The notes beneath the pieces are model-generated. The model saw nothing but the letters and a program-made list of their open reading frames with translations, was not told the DNA's origin and did not search any database. Below are positions 61,926 through 64,000 of a DNA stretch of 64,000 bases, piece after piece. This DNA comes from Macrostomum hystrix (taxonomy: Eukaryota; Animalia; Platyhelminthes). Position numbers and translations under genes: made by a program. Within the stretch, counting starts at the first letter, position 1. The number at the start of each line of letters is the position of its first letter. The stretch covers positions 124,001 to 188,000 of the forward strand of contig CATNEN010000029.1 of NCBI GenBank assembly GCA_950097015.1, read 5' to 3'.

Positions 61926-62628
61926 CTAAATTATATTTTTTCAGCAGAAACTGAAATTAGCAGTCGCTACTTGCTACTAACCAGCCGATAAGCTAGTAGC
62001 AACATAAGCGATTGGGGTGAGAAGAACAAGCAGAAGATTACGGGTGACTCAGCGTACAGGAAATCTCAGGGGGGAGAACTGGGGGAAGGTCAACTCGTCG
62101 ACCAGCTGCTCTCGTGGGCGAGTCGGCTACGAGAACTGTTTGAGTTGGCCCTATTCAATGAACTATAGTAGTTTAAGCGAGGGCGAGAAAGGGAGTTCCA
62201 GAATGAGTCAGTCAGCTCAAGGAAAAGAACAGTTAGACGCCACCCAATCCCCCCACACAACTACCTCACCGCCACCGCCACTCCCCACCCGGAGAGCTGA
62301 AGTGCAATCTCTACAAGTGAGTCAGAAATGACGCACCTCCTAGACTAACATTCGGCTTCTGTAGAAACATGACGCATTGGTGTGGCATCTAGCGTCTAGC
62401 GAACATTCCTTCTAGGAGCCCCCCAAATCTGTTGCGTTGTAGCAGCAAAACTGGCTTGGAACATGACTCATTGCCAATTAAATTTCTTTCTTGGCAAATA
62501 AATGTAAGAACAGGGCTAATTTACTATCTAGCCACAGCAATTGCGGGGTATTTTCAAAGGCTGTGTACAGCTGTTGAGTCCATGGACTTCGCTAACCCAA
62601 GTTTTTACCCCACAAAATCGATGTTTAC

Positions 62629-62950
62629 GGTGGTGAGTGGCAGAGCGGCGATTCCGCGGCGAGACCACATTCATTTGGTGCGCAGTCGCGGAGAGAAGGC
62701 TTGGGAGCTTGTCGTGCAATTTACGCTCTTTTGAGGGCCAACCTCCAAGGCCCAGTGAGAGTGTACACTGCCTGACGATGAGACAGTAAGAGCATATGTA
62801 CACACTTGTGTGAGTGTGTGCCTGCGTACGGTATCTGTGTGCGCGTGTGCTCAGGAGTCAGCGAAATGGGCAGAATTGCCTCCTCGCTGGCTGCGGGTCT
62901 AGTGTCACCAAATTATGTCATTGCCAGCAGCCCTCCTGAAATTAGTATTA
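62629..62950 (+). mobile_element. tRNA-derived SINE copy with flanking direct repeat
   Basis: Head GTGGCAGAGCGG with a deletion to CGATTCC, shared body. ttaccccacaaaatcga occurs at both 62605-62621 and 62960-62976. Confidence 0.8.
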
Positions 62951-63744
62951 TCCTTTTTCTTACCCCACAAAATCGAAACTGAAGGGAATTGCTTTTCTGG
63001 ACTGAGATTCGAACTCCGGACCTCCCATTTAACAGGGCTACAAGCTGCATTGGCTAGCTCGCGAATCAGTTATATTCTGCGTCCGTCCAAAAGAAATTTG
63101 ACAAGTTCTGTGTCAAGAAAACTCAAGAATCACAGAAGCAACAGAAGTTTTCATAGCTAGACCCATATGCGGCATTGGATACCTGTACTAGTTTTTTTCA
63201 AAACACTCACGCACAGCATCAGCTTTCAGTTTTGCCTTCCCAGTGAAGCAGAAGAAACACCTTAACGCAACATGAAATCCAATTAGTAAACACTAAAATA
63301 ACAAGAAAACTACACTAAGCGATCTGTCCCGAGACTGCATCCATCCGGCTGATCCCTCTCGTCTGCCTAACACATTTTTCAGTATTCTAGAAGAAATCAA
63401 TCTAAATTTAGAAGCGGAGGAATAGGCTGGCAGGGGGCAGGGGGGGCAGGGGGGCAGGGGGGGACTGGGTGCGGTCAGTCCTTCGGTCCGGTCCGGAATT
63501 TCGCTTTATTGCGCCGGTAGGACGCAGATTTCATTCGCTTGGTAGGAATGCGAGACAGGAAAGGAGGCTGCAATTAGGGACGGGCTCTAAGGTGACTTGG
63601 GCTCGCTGGATGGTATAAGCTAAATCTCAGCTCCCTGTGTGTGTAGTTTAACTGTATTCTTGTCTTAGTATGCAATATTCATAGTATGCACTTTACAGGA
63701 ACATACATACACTGAATGCACCAACATCCTTCAAAACTCATTAA

Positions 63745-64000
63745 CACCCTACAAGACATTCCAACACCCTACCAGACATTCCAACACCCTACCAGACATT
63801 CCAACACCCTACCAGACATTCCAACACCCTATCAGACATTCCAACACCCTACGAGACATTCCAACACCCTACCAGACATTCCAACACCCTACCAGACATT
63901 CCAACACCCTACCAGACATTCCAACACCCTACCAGACATTCCAACACCCTACGAGACATTCCAACACCCTACCAGACATTCCAACACCCTACCAGACATT
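63745..64000. repeat. 20-bp minisatellite (ccaacaccctaccagacatt), runs off the window
   Basis: Tandem units. Confidence 0.96.

Noticed and set aside
62017-62331. Plus-strand 104-aa ORF with a CAA|GTGAGT donor
   Set aside because: Non-ATG start, no recognisable product and no downstream acceptor exon identified.

Overview
Animal (metazoan) genomic DNA; not prokaryotic and no CRISPR. GC-rich, polyQ/polyA-laden exons with introns full of private minisatellites resemble the flatworm Macrostomum (inference only). Three spliced genes were reconstructed by hand with phase-consistent exons: USP32 (minus, 14 exons, 10688-21907, ~1453 aa), a RasGRP/CalDAG-GEF (plus, 14 exons 34151-43504, plus a probable distant 5' exon at 25618-25784) and a highly divergent CEP170-like gene (minus, 46441-59475, probably extending to a repeat-coding exon at 60971-61925). 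The most interesting part is the first 7.4 kb. It holds two tandem paralogues of an unrecognised intronless secreted prepropeptide gene (signal peptide, propiece, RKRR, then a 28-31 aa cationic two-cysteine peptide). Their differences concentrate in the mature peptide. A mariner sits exactly in the TATA box of copy 2, and the block carrying copy 2 is bracketed by the same 21-bp minisatellite. Also present: mariner and LINE fragments, three copies of a tRNA-derived SINE, candidate MITE/foldback elements and over 25 tandem arrays. Most long ORFs in the supplied track are artefacts of those arrays. Family assignments rest on remembered motifs; no searches were run.
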